Source: Parcubacteria group bacterium Gr01-1014_30 (GTDB lineage: Bacteria; Patescibacteriota; Minisyncoccia; Minisyncoccales; 2-12-FULL-40-12). Taken from it: 64,000 nucleotides of DNA. The stretch spans positions 25,983 to 89,982 of the forward strand of contig VMFS01000003.1 of the NCBI GenBank assembly GCA_007376185.1. The letters are read 5' to 3'. The stretch's first letter is position 1, and each line of letters opens with the position of its first letter. The notes under the pieces are model-generated. The model was not told the DNA's origin and did not search any database. It saw only the letters and a program-made list of their open reading frames with translations. The translations under genes were made by a program, and so were the position numbers. Shown one piece after another: positions 39,615-48,309 of the stretch.

Positions 39615-40598
39615 ATGACGACCCCTTTTGTTTCAATAATAATTCCTTGTAGAAACGAGGAGAGATATATAAGTAAGTGTTTGGAAACGATTTTGGCTCA
39701 GGATTACCCCAAAGACAAAATGGAAATTTTAGTTGTTGACGGTATGTCTGAAGATAAAACCAGAGAGATAATTAAAAATTGGAAATTAAAAATTGGAAAT
39801 TTAAGATTATTGGATAATCCCAAAAAAATTGCGCCTTCAGCTCTCAATATAGGCGTAAAAAACAGCACAGGGGAAATAATAATGAGAATGGACGCTCATG
39901 CCCGCTACGAACGAGATTATCTTTCAAAATGCGTGAAGTACTTGAAAGAATACGGCGCTGACAATATCGGAGGAACGATGAAAACCCTGCCCCAAAAAAG
40001 TACCATTGTCGCCAAAGCAATCGCGCTGTCTTTGTCTCACATATTCGGAGCCGCTTCCCGATTTAGAATAGGGGAAAGTCAACCGGTCGCTGAACTTCGT
40101 TCATCTCCTACCCTTCGCTCCGCTCGGGTCAAAGAGGTAGACACTGTTTTTGGCGGATGCTACAAAAGAGAGGTTTTTGACAGAATAGGGTTTTTTAACG
40201 AAAACTTAATTCGTTCCCAGGATTTGGAGTTTAATTTGCGCTTGAAAAGAGCCGGCGGCAAAATAATCTTACATCCTGATATTGTCAGCTATTATTATCC
40301 CAAGCCGACTCTGGGCGAATTTTTCTGGCACAACTTTCAAGACGGCATTTGGTCAATCCTGCCATTGAAGTTTGTCAAAGTTCCTTTTAAGTTAAGGCAT
40401 TATATTCCCTTGATTTTTGTTTTGACTCTGCCCTTGAGCTTTTGGCCGTATATTTTGCTTTCTCTGTTTTTTTCTCTGCAGATTGCCGCTCGAGAGAAAG
40501 ATTTAAGGTTGTTTTTCGCAATGCCCTTGGCTTTTGCGACAAGACATTTTGGTTACGGTTTGGGTTCAATTTGGGGATTAGTTAAGTTAATTTTATGA
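39615..40598 (+). CDS. GT2 glycosyltransferase (ExoA-like) with in-frame repeat insertions
   Basis: VSIIIPCRNEE; VDGMSED; RMDAH; VDTVFGG; QDLEFNLR. Confidence 0.88.
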   Translation: MTTPFVSIIIPCRNEERYISKCLETILAQDYPKDKMEILVVDGMSEDKTREIIKNWKLKIGNLRLLDNPKKIAPSALNIGVKNSTGEIIMRMDAHARYERDYLSKCVKYLKEYGADNIGGTMKTLPQKSTIVAKAIALSLSHIFGAASRFRIGESQPVAELRSSPTLRSARVKEVDTVFGGCYKREVFDRIGFFNENLIRSQDLEFNLRLKRAGGKIILHPDIVSYYYPKPTLGEFFWHNFQDGIWSILPLKFVKVPFKLRHYIPLIFVLTLPLSFWPYILLSLFFSLQIAAREKDLRLFFAMPLAFATRHFGYGLGSIWGLVKLIL

Positions 40599-41236
40599 AA
40601 CGATTTTTTGACTTTACAGCAGCTTTGTTTGGGCTGGTTTTGCTTTCGCCCTTGCTCTTACTTTGCGCAATTTTAATTAAAAGAGAATCGCCGGGACCCG
40701 CTTTTTACAGAGGAATCAGAATCGGCAAAGAGGGCAAACCTTTTAGGATTTTTAAGTTCAGGACAATGGTGCCAGATGCAGAAAATCTGGGCGGCCCTTC
40801 AACAGCGGGCGACGACCCGCGGCTTTTGAAAATCGGCAATTTTCTCAAAAAATACCAACTGGACGAGCTGCCGCAACTGATTAACGTTTTGAAAGGCGGT
40901 ATGAGTTTGGTGGGTCCCAGGCCAGACGTGATAGGAATGGTTGAGCTACTAATAGCGGAGGAAAAAAAAATGATTTTGAGTCAGATACCAGGGATGGTTG
41001 ATTTGTCATCCCTTTGGAATTTTAATGAAGGAGAAAGATTGGCTGGTAAAATAGATCCTCATAAAGTATACTTAGAAGAAATATGGCCAACTAAAAAAAG
41101 GTTACAAATATATTATATCCAAAATCGAAGTACTTGGCTTGATATTAGAATTATTTTTAGAGCAGTATTTAAAATATTTGGTCTTAACTGGTTTGCAATA
41201 AAAATTCATGTTGGAGAAGAAGTGTTTAATTTGTAA
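40595..41236 (+). CDS. Bacterial sugar transferase (initiating phosphoglycosyltransferase)
   Basis: KRFFD; FKFRTM; DPR; LDELPQLINVLKGGMSLVGPRP. Confidence 0.9.
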   Translation: MKRFFDFTAALFGLVLLSPLLLLCAILIKRESPGPAFYRGIRIGKEGKPFRIFKFRTMVPDAENLGGPSTAGDDPRLLKIGNFLKKYQLDELPQLINVLKGGMSLVGPRPDVIGMVELLIAEEKKMILSQIPGMVDLSSLWNFNEGERLAGKIDPHKVYLEEIWPTKKRLQIYYIQNRSTWLDIRIIFRAVFKIFGLNWFAIKIHVGEEVFNL

Positions 41237-41633
41237 AAAACAATTTTTGGTGAAACCATATCGGTATATAATTGGAAAGTTTTGTTCGCGCGTGTGTTAC
41301 GGTGCTTTTTTAAAGAGTTATATGAAGGGGCTCCGAAATCCATGGTGGAAAGGCGGTAAGAATAAGAGTACGTGGAGATTAAGAGTGTTAGAAAGAGATA
41401 ACTATACCTGCCAAGGATGTGGAATAAATGATTCTAGGGTTCTTACAGTAGACCATATTAGGAATAAGTCATTGCATAAAGATGTGATATATGAAATTAG
41501 TAATGGTGTCACTTTATGCGCTAATTGCCACTTGATCAAAACTAAAGAAGATAAAGAGCTTAGTGCAGTATTCAGTAAAACTTCAAGTAAAACTGTGCGT
41601 AAAACGCTTTTAGGAAGATATGCCAAACTATAA
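41208..41633 (+). CDS. Free-standing HNH endonuclease with N-terminal zinc finger
   Basis: CLIC...FCSRVC; NPWWKGG; VLERDNYTCQGC...VDHI...NGVTLCANCH. Confidence 0.85.
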   Translation: MLEKKCLICKKQFLVKPYRYIIGKFCSRVCYGAFLKSYMKGLRNPWWKGGKNKSTWRLRVLERDNYTCQGCGINDSRVLTVDHIRNKSLHKDVIYEISNGVTLCANCHLIKTKEDKELSAVFSKTSSKTVRKTLLGRYAKL

Positions 41634-41910
41634 AGAAACAGCGAAAGATGCAAGGAAAACAGTCCTCCGCTTAATTTACAACGCCCAGACAAGCCACATA
41701 GGTTCAAATTTTTCGGTAGTGGATATTTTGACAGTTCTTTTTGATAAGGCGGATTTAGACAGAGACAAAATAATCTTGAGCAAGGGATGGGCCGCGGCTG
41801 CTCTTTATTACTTTTTGTGGCGCAAAGGCAGAATTACGGAAAAAGAGCTGAACAGTTATTGTCAACATGTAATGTGCGATGAATGTAAAGGGACGGGCAA
41901 AAAGGCTTAA
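41620..41910 (+). CDS. Transketolase N-subunit, 5' fragment ending in CxxCxGxG
   Basis: SHIGSNFSVVDIL; DRDKIILSKGW; ELNSYCQ then HVMCDECKGTGKKA*. Confidence 0.85.
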   Translation: MPNYKETAKDARKTVLRLIYNAQTSHIGSNFSVVDILTVLFDKADLDRDKIILSKGWAAAALYYFLWRKGRITEKELNSYCQHVMCDECKGTGKKA

Positions 41911-41935
41911 CTTTTGCAACTGGATTTGCTATAGT
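41907..41935 (+). promoter_or_regulatory. Internal promoter for the HNH gene (likely leaderless)
   Basis: TTAACT-N17-TATAGT with TG extension; GTG start 6 nt after the -10. Confidence 0.55.
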
Positions 41936-41941
41936 TAATAT

Positions 41942-42757
41942 GTGCCAACAGGAGTTTATAAAAGAACAAAATCAGCTTGGAATAAGGGCCATAAAACGGT
42001 TCACTCTTTTATTTGCCAAACATGTAATCAAGAATTCTTTTCTGAAAGGACAAAAGCAAAATTTTGCAAACGCTCTTGTATAAGAACAGATACACAATTT
42101 AAAAAAGGGCAAAAACCTTTGTATGCATTCTCCAAGGGCATCATTCCATGGAATAAAGGCAAGCGAGAACTTGTTAGAAGGATTTGCCCAACCTGCAAGA
42201 AAGAGTTTTCTTTCGTATTAACAGGTAAGGGAAGCAAAAAAAGAGGTCAGAAATTTTGTTCTGTGGCGTGTAACAGAAGTGATACACAATTTAAAAAAGG
42301 GCATACTTTGAAGCTAAGAATCCTTCATTCTGAAGTAACGAAGAAAAAGTTAAGCGAACTCGTTAAAGAAAGAACTGCTGCAGGAAAACATAATTTTGTT
42401 AAAGGCCATCAATTTGGATTTAAAAAAGGATCTGTCCCTTGGAATAAAGATAAAGATTTCGGCAGCACAGAATATCTTGCAAAAAGAATTTCGTGGTTAA
42501 CACTATATCGTGAATGGCGCCTATCAGTTAAAGAGAAAGATGGATTTAAATGTACAAACTGTGGGGGTAAAAATAATTTAAACGTTGATCATTATCCAGT
42601 TTCTTTAGCAGAGCTTATACGGAAATATAAAATTAAGAATCCACAGGAAACAAAAAAGCGTAGAGAATTTTGGGATATTAAGAATGGTAGAATGCTTTGC
42701 GTTTCGTGTCATAAACAGACACCAACATATGGGAAAAACTTTGTGCGAAAAGTGTAA
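41942..42757 (+). CDS. HNH endonuclease with zinc fingers and NUMOD3-like / FKKG..PWNKG repeats
   Basis: MPTGVYKR; two CxxC...FCxxxC fingers; HSEVTKKKLSE; EKDGFKCTNC...VDH...NGRMLCVSCH. Confidence 0.85.
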   Translation: MPTGVYKRTKSAWNKGHKTVHSFICQTCNQEFFSERTKAKFCKRSCIRTDTQFKKGQKPLYAFSKGIIPWNKGKRELVRRICPTCKKEFSFVLTGKGSKKRGQKFCSVACNRSDTQFKKGHTLKLRILHSEVTKKKLSELVKERTAAGKHNFVKGHQFGFKKGSVPWNKDKDFGSTEYLAKRISWLTLYREWRLSVKEKDGFKCTNCGGKNNLNVDHYPVSLAELIRKYKIKNPQETKKRREFWDIKNGRMLCVSCHKQTPTYGKNFVRKV

Positions 42758-43289
42758 AGGTAGTGGGAAAATATGGAGTAAATGGATTGGCCTTATAGAA
42801 CCTGTCCACCCCGATCTTGTATTTGCAACAGGGTCTATGGGCGGCGGGCTTCCAGCCGGAGTAGGTTTTGCTTTGGCAAAAAAATTAAAGAAAGAAAAAG
42901 GGACTATTTATGTAGTCGAGTCAGACGGAGGAATGCAAGTAGGTACAACGTGGGAAGCAATCCAAATCGCGGCGCAGTACAAGCTCAACAATTTGGTTTT
43001 GATAGTTGATGACAACTCTTTACAGGCAATGGGCGAGACGAAAAAAATCTTAAACATACATCCTTTGGATAGAAAATTAAAGTCATTTGGCTGGGACGTT
43101 CGAAAAATAAACGGACATAATTTTGCGCAAATTGAAAGGACGATTTCCTTCAGAACAAAAAAGCCTTTGGCCATAATCGCCAAAACAATAAAGGGTTATC
43201 CGATTTCCTTTATGCGTGGAAATAACATTTTTCACTACAAGAACTTGAGCAAACAAGAGTATCTAAAGGCCCTAAAGGAGCTAAATTAA
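42729..43289 (+). CDS. Transketolase N-subunit, 3' fragment starting with CxxCxGxG
   Basis: ATG 42729: MGKTLCEKCKGSGKIW then SKWIGLIEP; TGSMG; SDGG..GTTWEA...DDNSLQ TPP motif; TIKG; FHY. Confidence 0.85.
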   Translation: MGKTLCEKCKGSGKIWSKWIGLIEPVHPDLVFATGSMGGGLPAGVGFALAKKLKKEKGTIYVVESDGGMQVGTTWEAIQIAAQYKLNNLVLIVDDNSLQAMGETKKILNIHPLDRKLKSFGWDVRKINGHNFAQIERTISFRTKKPLAIIAKTIKGYPISFMRGNNIFHYKNLSKQEYLKALKELN

Positions 43290-43331
43290 GGACTTGCGAT
43301 GTCGATAAGATTAAAGTCGATAGATTAAAAA

Positions 43332-43832
43332 ATGGGGAAAATAATAAAAAAACAGGATTCAAGAAGGGTTTTTGTGGAAACGTTGGATAAACTTGCGAGA
43401 AAAAACAAAAAAATAATAGTCGTAATTTGCGATGTGGGCTTTAACTATTTGGATAATCCGAAGTTGAAATTTAAAGTCATAAATTTCGGGGTTACCGAGC
43501 CCACCGCGGCAATAATTTCGGCAGCCCTTGCCTTGGAAGGTTACTCCGTCTGGTTTTATTCAATGCTTAACTTCGTAACTTTCAGGGTTCACGAGCAAAT
43601 AAGGAACGCAATCTGTATGCACAAAGCTCCGGTGAAAATTATTGGAGTGAAGGGTTCAGAGAAATACAAATTTTTGGGTTTTTCGCATAACCTGCTATGG
43701 GAAACAGAAGAAATAGAATGGCTCAAAAAACTTCCCGGAATGAAAACTTATTTGCCAAAAAACAACAAAGCCGTTAAAAAAGCGGTTTTGGAAGCCTACA
43801 AATCAAAAAATCCCTGTTACATAAGGTTGTAG
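43332..43832 (+). CDS. Transketolase pyrimidine-binding subunit (no C-terminal domain)
   Basis: CDVGF; NFGVTE; FRVHEQIRN; GFSH; PCYIRL. Confidence 0.8.
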   Translation: MGKIIKKQDSRRVFVETLDKLARKNKKIIVVICDVGFNYLDNPKLKFKVINFGVTEPTAAIISAALALEGYSVWFYSMLNFVTFRVHEQIRNAICMHKAPVKIIGVKGSEKYKFLGFSHNLLWETEEIEWLKKLPGMKTYLPKNNKAVKKAVLEAYKSKNPCYIRL

Positions 43833-43839
43833 AAATAAT

Positions 43840-43874
43840 AAACCCCGGCAGGTCAAAAGACTAGCCGGGGTTTT
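43840..43874. terminator. Bidirectional hairpin between convergent genes (ACCCCG...CGGGGT ends)
   Basis: AAACCCCGGC-AGGTC-AAAA-GACTA-GCCGGGGTTTT. Confidence 0.65.
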
Positions 43875-43891
43875 CTCTAATATAGGCCGAC

Positions 43892-44666
43892 TCAAATCGG
43901 CTTCTTCTCAATGTCGTACAGTTCAAGATAATCTTGGTAAGATGAGAGGGCCGGCCCCGCGGAAACGCTTTCCACACCTTCCACCAAAGGAAGACGCTTG
44001 GCTTCGTCAAAGCCGTAAGCTAGGAAAAACTTCTGGCAGAACCCTGTCGTTCCCGAAAGCGGTCTTGGTGCCGCTTTCTATCATCTCGTCAAGAGAGGTG
44101 ATGAGAGTAATGGACTCGTTGGAAAGGTTGCCGTAATTCGTCTGCAAACGATGCAACGTTGCCCAGCGATTTTTATCAAGGGGCATGCACCAATAAGCGG
44201 AAAGAAAGATGAACCCCTCCCGTTTGTTGTCGGGATCGGCCGCGTCAAGGGCGGCCTTGCTAACCGTGTTCAAGAACGTGCCAAAGGGAACGCAGTTTGC
44301 GCAAATGATGCGTTTAATCTCTTTAAGCATCACCCGGTGTCTATGAGATACGGGTCGGTTCAAAGCCGGCGTCATGGAAAAGATTTCCTGGGGCGCGTGT
44401 CCCAAAGCCGCAAGTTCCGCAGTTGAGACCGCGGTCTTCTCCAACGAAAGCTCTTCTTGAAGCTCTCGGCGGAAGGTGTTAAGGGGTCCGCTGTCGGTTC
44501 TGGCCGACTCCCCAATCCAGTTTCCTCCAATAAAGTTGAGTTGATGTCTGAATAACTTGATGGGGAAATCACCAGTTTTGCGTTCAAGGAAGATGCGATT
44601 AGGGTTAATTCTGGGATAAATGATTCCAACACTGCCAATGTGCGAAATCCGAGGTCTTTTTTCCAT
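43892..44666 (-). pseudogene. NUDIX-like hydrolase with an apparent +1 frameshift near 44035
   Basis: IGG...FRRELQEEL NUDIX-like box; removing one base gives DRVLQKFFLAYGFDEAKRLPLVEG...YDIEKKPI* to 43892. Confidence 0.6.
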
Positions 44667-44718
44667 TTCTCCTCCTTCCGTTTCTGGAATTCCTGAATAT
44701 TCACCTAATAAGAGCTTT

Positions 44719-45092
44719 AGGGGACAGGACTCAAACTAGAGTCACCTTGAGAAGCGAAAAAAATGAGATGATTTCAAGGCGCAACGACGCAGGCGCACTA
44801 GCGAAAGCGGATGCGTCAAGGAGGAGCAACGCAGAAATCAGCCATCGAGCGTTAGCGAAGATAAGGAAGAGATTTATCTCTTCCGACATTTTTTCGCTTC
44901 CCCCAAGGGCGGGCAAATTAGGACAATCTTCTTCGTTGTTCCGATTCCTTCGGAATCGAGAATCCTCGACAGCTTCGCTGTCGGGACTCGTCGTTAGCGT
45001 ATCTCGTTCCGCAGATACGCTCAGCTCCTCGCGCCTATAATCTTGCCCTAATTCGCTCCGCTCAAGTGATTCTATCTTGAGTCCTATCCCCT
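44719..45092. mobile_element. 374-bp composite MITE-like element with about 32-bp imperfect terminal inverted repeats
   Basis: AGGGGACAGGACTCAAACTAGAGTCACCTTGAG versus reverse complement AGGGGATAGGACTCAAGATAGAATCACTTGAG; nested internal hairpins; no credible ORF. Confidence 0.75.
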
Positions 45093-45138
45093 TGGGATAT
45101 TACTTGATTTTTGGACTAAGTCAAGATATGCTTTATAT

Positions 45139-46344
45139 ATGGAATACCGCATAAATTTTATAAACAACAGCTACCGCCGGTTTGCAAAGGCGCACAAAGA
45201 AGAGCTGATTTCGGCTTTTTGGGACTGTTTAGAAAGAGGGGCTTTGACCTTAAGAGAGGAGGTTTCTAAGTTTGAAGACAACTTGGCAAACTTTGTGGGC
45301 ACCAAATACGCAATAGGCGTTAACTCGGGCACAGACGCCTTGTTTTTATCTTGCAAGGCATTGGGAATAAAAGGAAACTGGAATTATCTCTTGGAAAGAG
45401 TGTATGCCGGAGAAATCACAATAGATGAGGCCAACAAATTGTTTGAGGGTGACGAACTAATTACGGTATCACACACTTTCATTGCCTCAATACAATGCAT
45501 TGTTAACTGTGGCGCCAAACCGGTGTTGGTTGATGTTGGCGAGAACGAATTGATGAATCCTGAACTCATTGAGCCGGCAATAACCGAGCGGACAAAAGCC
45601 ATTTTGCCAGTGCACTTTCACGGAAAGGTGTGCGATATGGACGCCATTTTGGACATAGCCGCTAAACATAATTTACACATTATTGAGGACGCGGCCCAGG
45701 CACTGGGTTCCTCTTATAAAGGTAAAATGGCAGGCAGTTTTGGAGACGCGGGGTGTTTCAGTTTTAACACGGCAAAGCTTTTGGGCGGTTTTGGCGATGG
45801 AGGAGGTATCGTTACAAACAGTAGAGATTTGTGCGAAAAACTTTATCTTTTGAGAAACCACTGGAATATGGCGCAAACGTCCGTAAGAATGTCCGATTTC
45901 CCCACGCCTGAAATTGTGCAGTGGGCGTGGAAGTCGCGGCTGGATAACGTGCAGGCCGCTTTGCTCAACGTCAAGTTCAAATACTACAGAGACCTTCTGG
46001 TCAGGCGCAAGCAGATTGCGGATATGTATTGCGAAGGATTGAAGGGCTTGCCTTTGAAACTGCCAAAGTATGGGGAAGGCGACGTGATTCAGGAATTTAT
46101 CGTGCGTATAGGAAATGAGGAGGAGCGGGAAAAGTTCAAGAAATTTATGGATGAAAAAGGCATTGAGGTTTTGATTCGCGAAACAACGCCAAATCACAAG
46201 GTGAAAAATTTGTACTTGGACCATTTTTCTTTGCCCGTGACCGAAAGCATTTCCAAGGACGCGGTAAGATTACCTACTTACCCTGAGCTTGAAGACAGCG
46301 AAGTGGATGAGATTATAGGGGCTATTAGAGAGTTCTATAAATAA
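45139..46344 (+). CDS. DegT/DnrJ/EryC1/StrS sugar aminotransferase
   Basis: VNSGTDAL; IEDAAQALG; FSFNTAKLLGGFGDGG; SRLDNVQAA. Confidence 0.9.
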   Translation: MEYRINFINNSYRRFAKAHKEELISAFWDCLERGALTLREEVSKFEDNLANFVGTKYAIGVNSGTDALFLSCKALGIKGNWNYLLERVYAGEITIDEANKLFEGDELITVSHTFIASIQCIVNCGAKPVLVDVGENELMNPELIEPAITERTKAILPVHFHGKVCDMDAILDIAAKHNLHIIEDAAQALGSSYKGKMAGSFGDAGCFSFNTAKLLGGFGDGGGIVTNSRDLCEKLYLLRNHWNMAQTSVRMSDFPTPEIVQWAWKSRLDNVQAALLNVKFKYYRDLLVRRKQIADMYCEGLKGLPLKLPKYGEGDVIQEFIVRIGNEEEREKFKKFMDEKGIEVLIRETTPNHKVKNLYLDHFSLPVTESISKDAVRLPTYPELEDSEVDEIIGAIREFYK

Positions 46345-46417
46345 ACCCCGTAATACAACTTCCAGCACGCTTCGCGTGCAAAATCGCTGAAAGCGACTGG
46401 AAGATGATATACGGGGT
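46345..46417. repeat. ACCCCGTAATACAAC-family three-way-junction element, copy 1
   Basis: ACCCCGTAATACAACTTCCAG...CTGGAAGATGATATACGGGGT; TAAATAAAC at 46338-46346 and 46417-46425. Confidence 0.9.
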
Positions 46418-46425
46418 AAATAAAC

Positions 46426-48309
46426 TTGTTTTCCGTTTCTAAAAAAATTTTCTTTGAAAATAGACCTTTAACAAAGTTGGCGTTTTTTACTTTGGCCGAC
46501 GCGGTCCTACTTGCTTTTTCGGTTCTCTTGGCTTTTTTGGTTAGATTTGAAGGCCAGATTCCACAAAGATATTATTTGAACATTTTGGGCATAATGCTTT
46601 TTGGCTGGGTTATTACTTTGCCTGTTTTTTATTTTTTTCGACTTTACCGTTTTACTTGGCGGTACGTCTCAACCCAGGAGCTGGTTCAGCTCGTTAAGGG
46701 CACAGCTCTCAGCTTTTTGTTGCTGACCGGAGTTTTTTTCGTTTTAAGAGACCTGACAATTTTTTCGGGATTTCCCAGATCAGCCCTTTTTATCACTTAC
46801 TTTTTTGTCTTCGTTTTGACGGGCGGCCTACGTTTTGCCAAGCGGCTTTGGCTGCAGCTTTCTCCTCTTGCTAAAATGGGATCTAAAGAGAGAATCTTGA
46901 TTGCGGGAGCTGGCGACGCAGGAGAGCTGATTTTGAGAAATATTTTAAACACAAAAAATCCCTACCAGGTTATCGGTTTTGTAGACGACTCGCATGCAAG
47001 ACAGGGAGTGTCTATACACGGCGTTGAGGTTTTTGGCAAAATCGCGGATATTCCGCGGATTGTAGTGAAAAAGAATATTGAAGGCTTGATTGTGGCTATG
47101 CCATCGGCCGACTCTAGAGCCATTCAAGAAGCCGTTCAAAAAGCAAGGGAAGCGGGGCTAAAAAAAATTAAGATAATTCCGCCGATTGAAGACGTATTTG
47201 CCGGCAAAGTTACTCTGGCGCAGCTGAGAGAAGTTCAAATGGAAGATTTGCTTTCCAGAGACGTTGTTTTGACCGACAGAAGGCCTATTGCAGAGTTCCT
47301 GAAAAACAAAGTTGTTCTGGTCACGGGAGCTGCCGGTTCCATAGGATCTGAACTATGTCGCCAGATAGCCCTTTTTGTTCCTTCTGCGTTAATTATGTTG
47401 GACCAGGACGAGACGGGTATTTTTAATATCGCAGAGGAACTAAAAGACCGTTTCCCCGACCTGAAAAGAGTCCCGCGGATTTGCGACATTGGCGATGAGG
47501 CAAAAATTGAAAGTATATTCTTGGAGTTTCGCCCTGCCGTTTTGTTTCACGCGGCGGCTTACAAGCACGTTCCTTTAATGGAGGAAAACTCAGACGAAGC
47601 CGTGAAAAACAACGTTTTTGGCACAAGAGTTGTGGCAGAGGCGGCTTTGAGAAACGGCGTGGACACCTTTGTGTACATAAGCACCGACAAAGCCGTAAAT
47701 CCGACGTCGGTGATGGGTGCGACAAAAAGGGTTGGCGAGATGATTTGTCAATCGTTGCAGGGACAAGGTAAAACAAAGTTTGCCTCGGTCAGATTCGGCA
47801 ACGTTTTGGACAGTCGGGGGAGCGTTATACCTGTTTTCCGTGAGAAAATCAAAAAGAGAGAACCGATCCAAGTAACCCATCCTGAAATGAAGCGTTATTT
47901 TATGATGACGTCGGAGGCATGCTTGCTGGTTTTGCAGGCAGGCGCCATGGGCAAAGGGGGTGAGGTTTTCGTTCTGGACATGGGTAATCCCATAAAAATT
48001 TTGGAACTGGCAAAAGAAATGATTAAATTGTCGGGCTTGGAACCCGACCGCGACATACCCATTGTTTTCACTGAGCCAAGACCCGGAGAAAAACTTTTTG
48101 AAGAGATAATGTCGGCTGAAGAGGGGACAATAGCTACTCAAAACCAAAAGATTTTCATAGCAAAACTGTCAGAAATTAACGGAAGTCAGTTAGAGCAAGG
48201 ACTGGAAAATTTAAAAAAAGAGGTATATAATGGCAAAAAAGAAGAGATAATCCAGGTTTTAAAAGAAGTTGTTCATAGTTACAAACCAAATGCCGTTTTC
48301 GCCGACTAA
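46426..48309 (+). CDS. CapD/PglF-type nucleoside-diphosphate sugar dehydratase
   Basis: N-terminal TMs; GAGDAG; TGAAGSIGSELCRQ; HAAAYKHVP; STDKAV; RFGNVL; RPGEKL. Confidence 0.92.
   Translation: MFSVSKKIFFENRPLTKLAFFTLADAVLLAFSVLLAFLVRFEGQIPQRYYLNILGIMLFGWVITLPVFYFFRLYRFTWRYVSTQELVQLVKGTALSFLLLTGVFFVLRDLTIFSGFPRSALFITYFFVFVLTGGLRFAKRLWLQLSPLAKMGSKERILIAGAGDAGELILRNILNTKNPYQVIGFVDDSHARQGVSIHGVEVFGKIADIPRIVVKKNIEGLIVAMPSADSRAIQEAVQKAREAGLKKIKIIPPIEDVFAGKVTLAQLREVQMEDLLSRDVVLTDRRPIAEFLKNKVVLVTGAAGSIGSELCRQIALFVPSALIMLDQDETGIFNIAEELKDRFPDLKRVPRICDIGDEAKIESIFLEFRPAVLFHAAAYKHVPLMEENSDEAVKNNVFGTRVVAEAALRNGVDTFVYISTDKAVNPTSVMGATKRVGEMICQSLQGQGKTKFASVRFGNVLDSRGSVIPVFREKIKKREPIQVTHPEMKRYFMMTSEACLLVLQAGAMGKGGEVFVLDMGNPIKILELAKEMIKLSGLEPDRDIPIVFTEPRPGEKLFEEIMSAEEGTIATQNQKIFIAKLSEINGSQLEQGLENLKKEVYNGKKEEIIQVLKEVVHSYKPNAVFAD

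Noticed and set aside
41911..42728. Group I/II intron, intein or ribosomal bypass restoring transketolase
   Set aside because: Only 31 non-coding nt and no ribozyme core; a stop codon and no intein N- or C-terminal motifs; a gap of about 820 nt is far longer than known bypasses.
43301..43330. 15-bp tandem duplication GTCGATAAGATTAAA
   Set aside because: Two copies only and no clear function; probably a local slippage scar.
44747..45040. 97-aa ORF (and 44731-44916 on the minus strand) as a transposase
   Set aside because: Low-complexity R/S-rich translation of repeat DNA with no catalytic motifs.
46345..46417. Hammerhead ribozyme or tRNA identity for the three-way elements
   Set aside because: No CUGANGA/GAAA core at the junction on either strand; no T-loop, anticodon arm or CCA arrangement.
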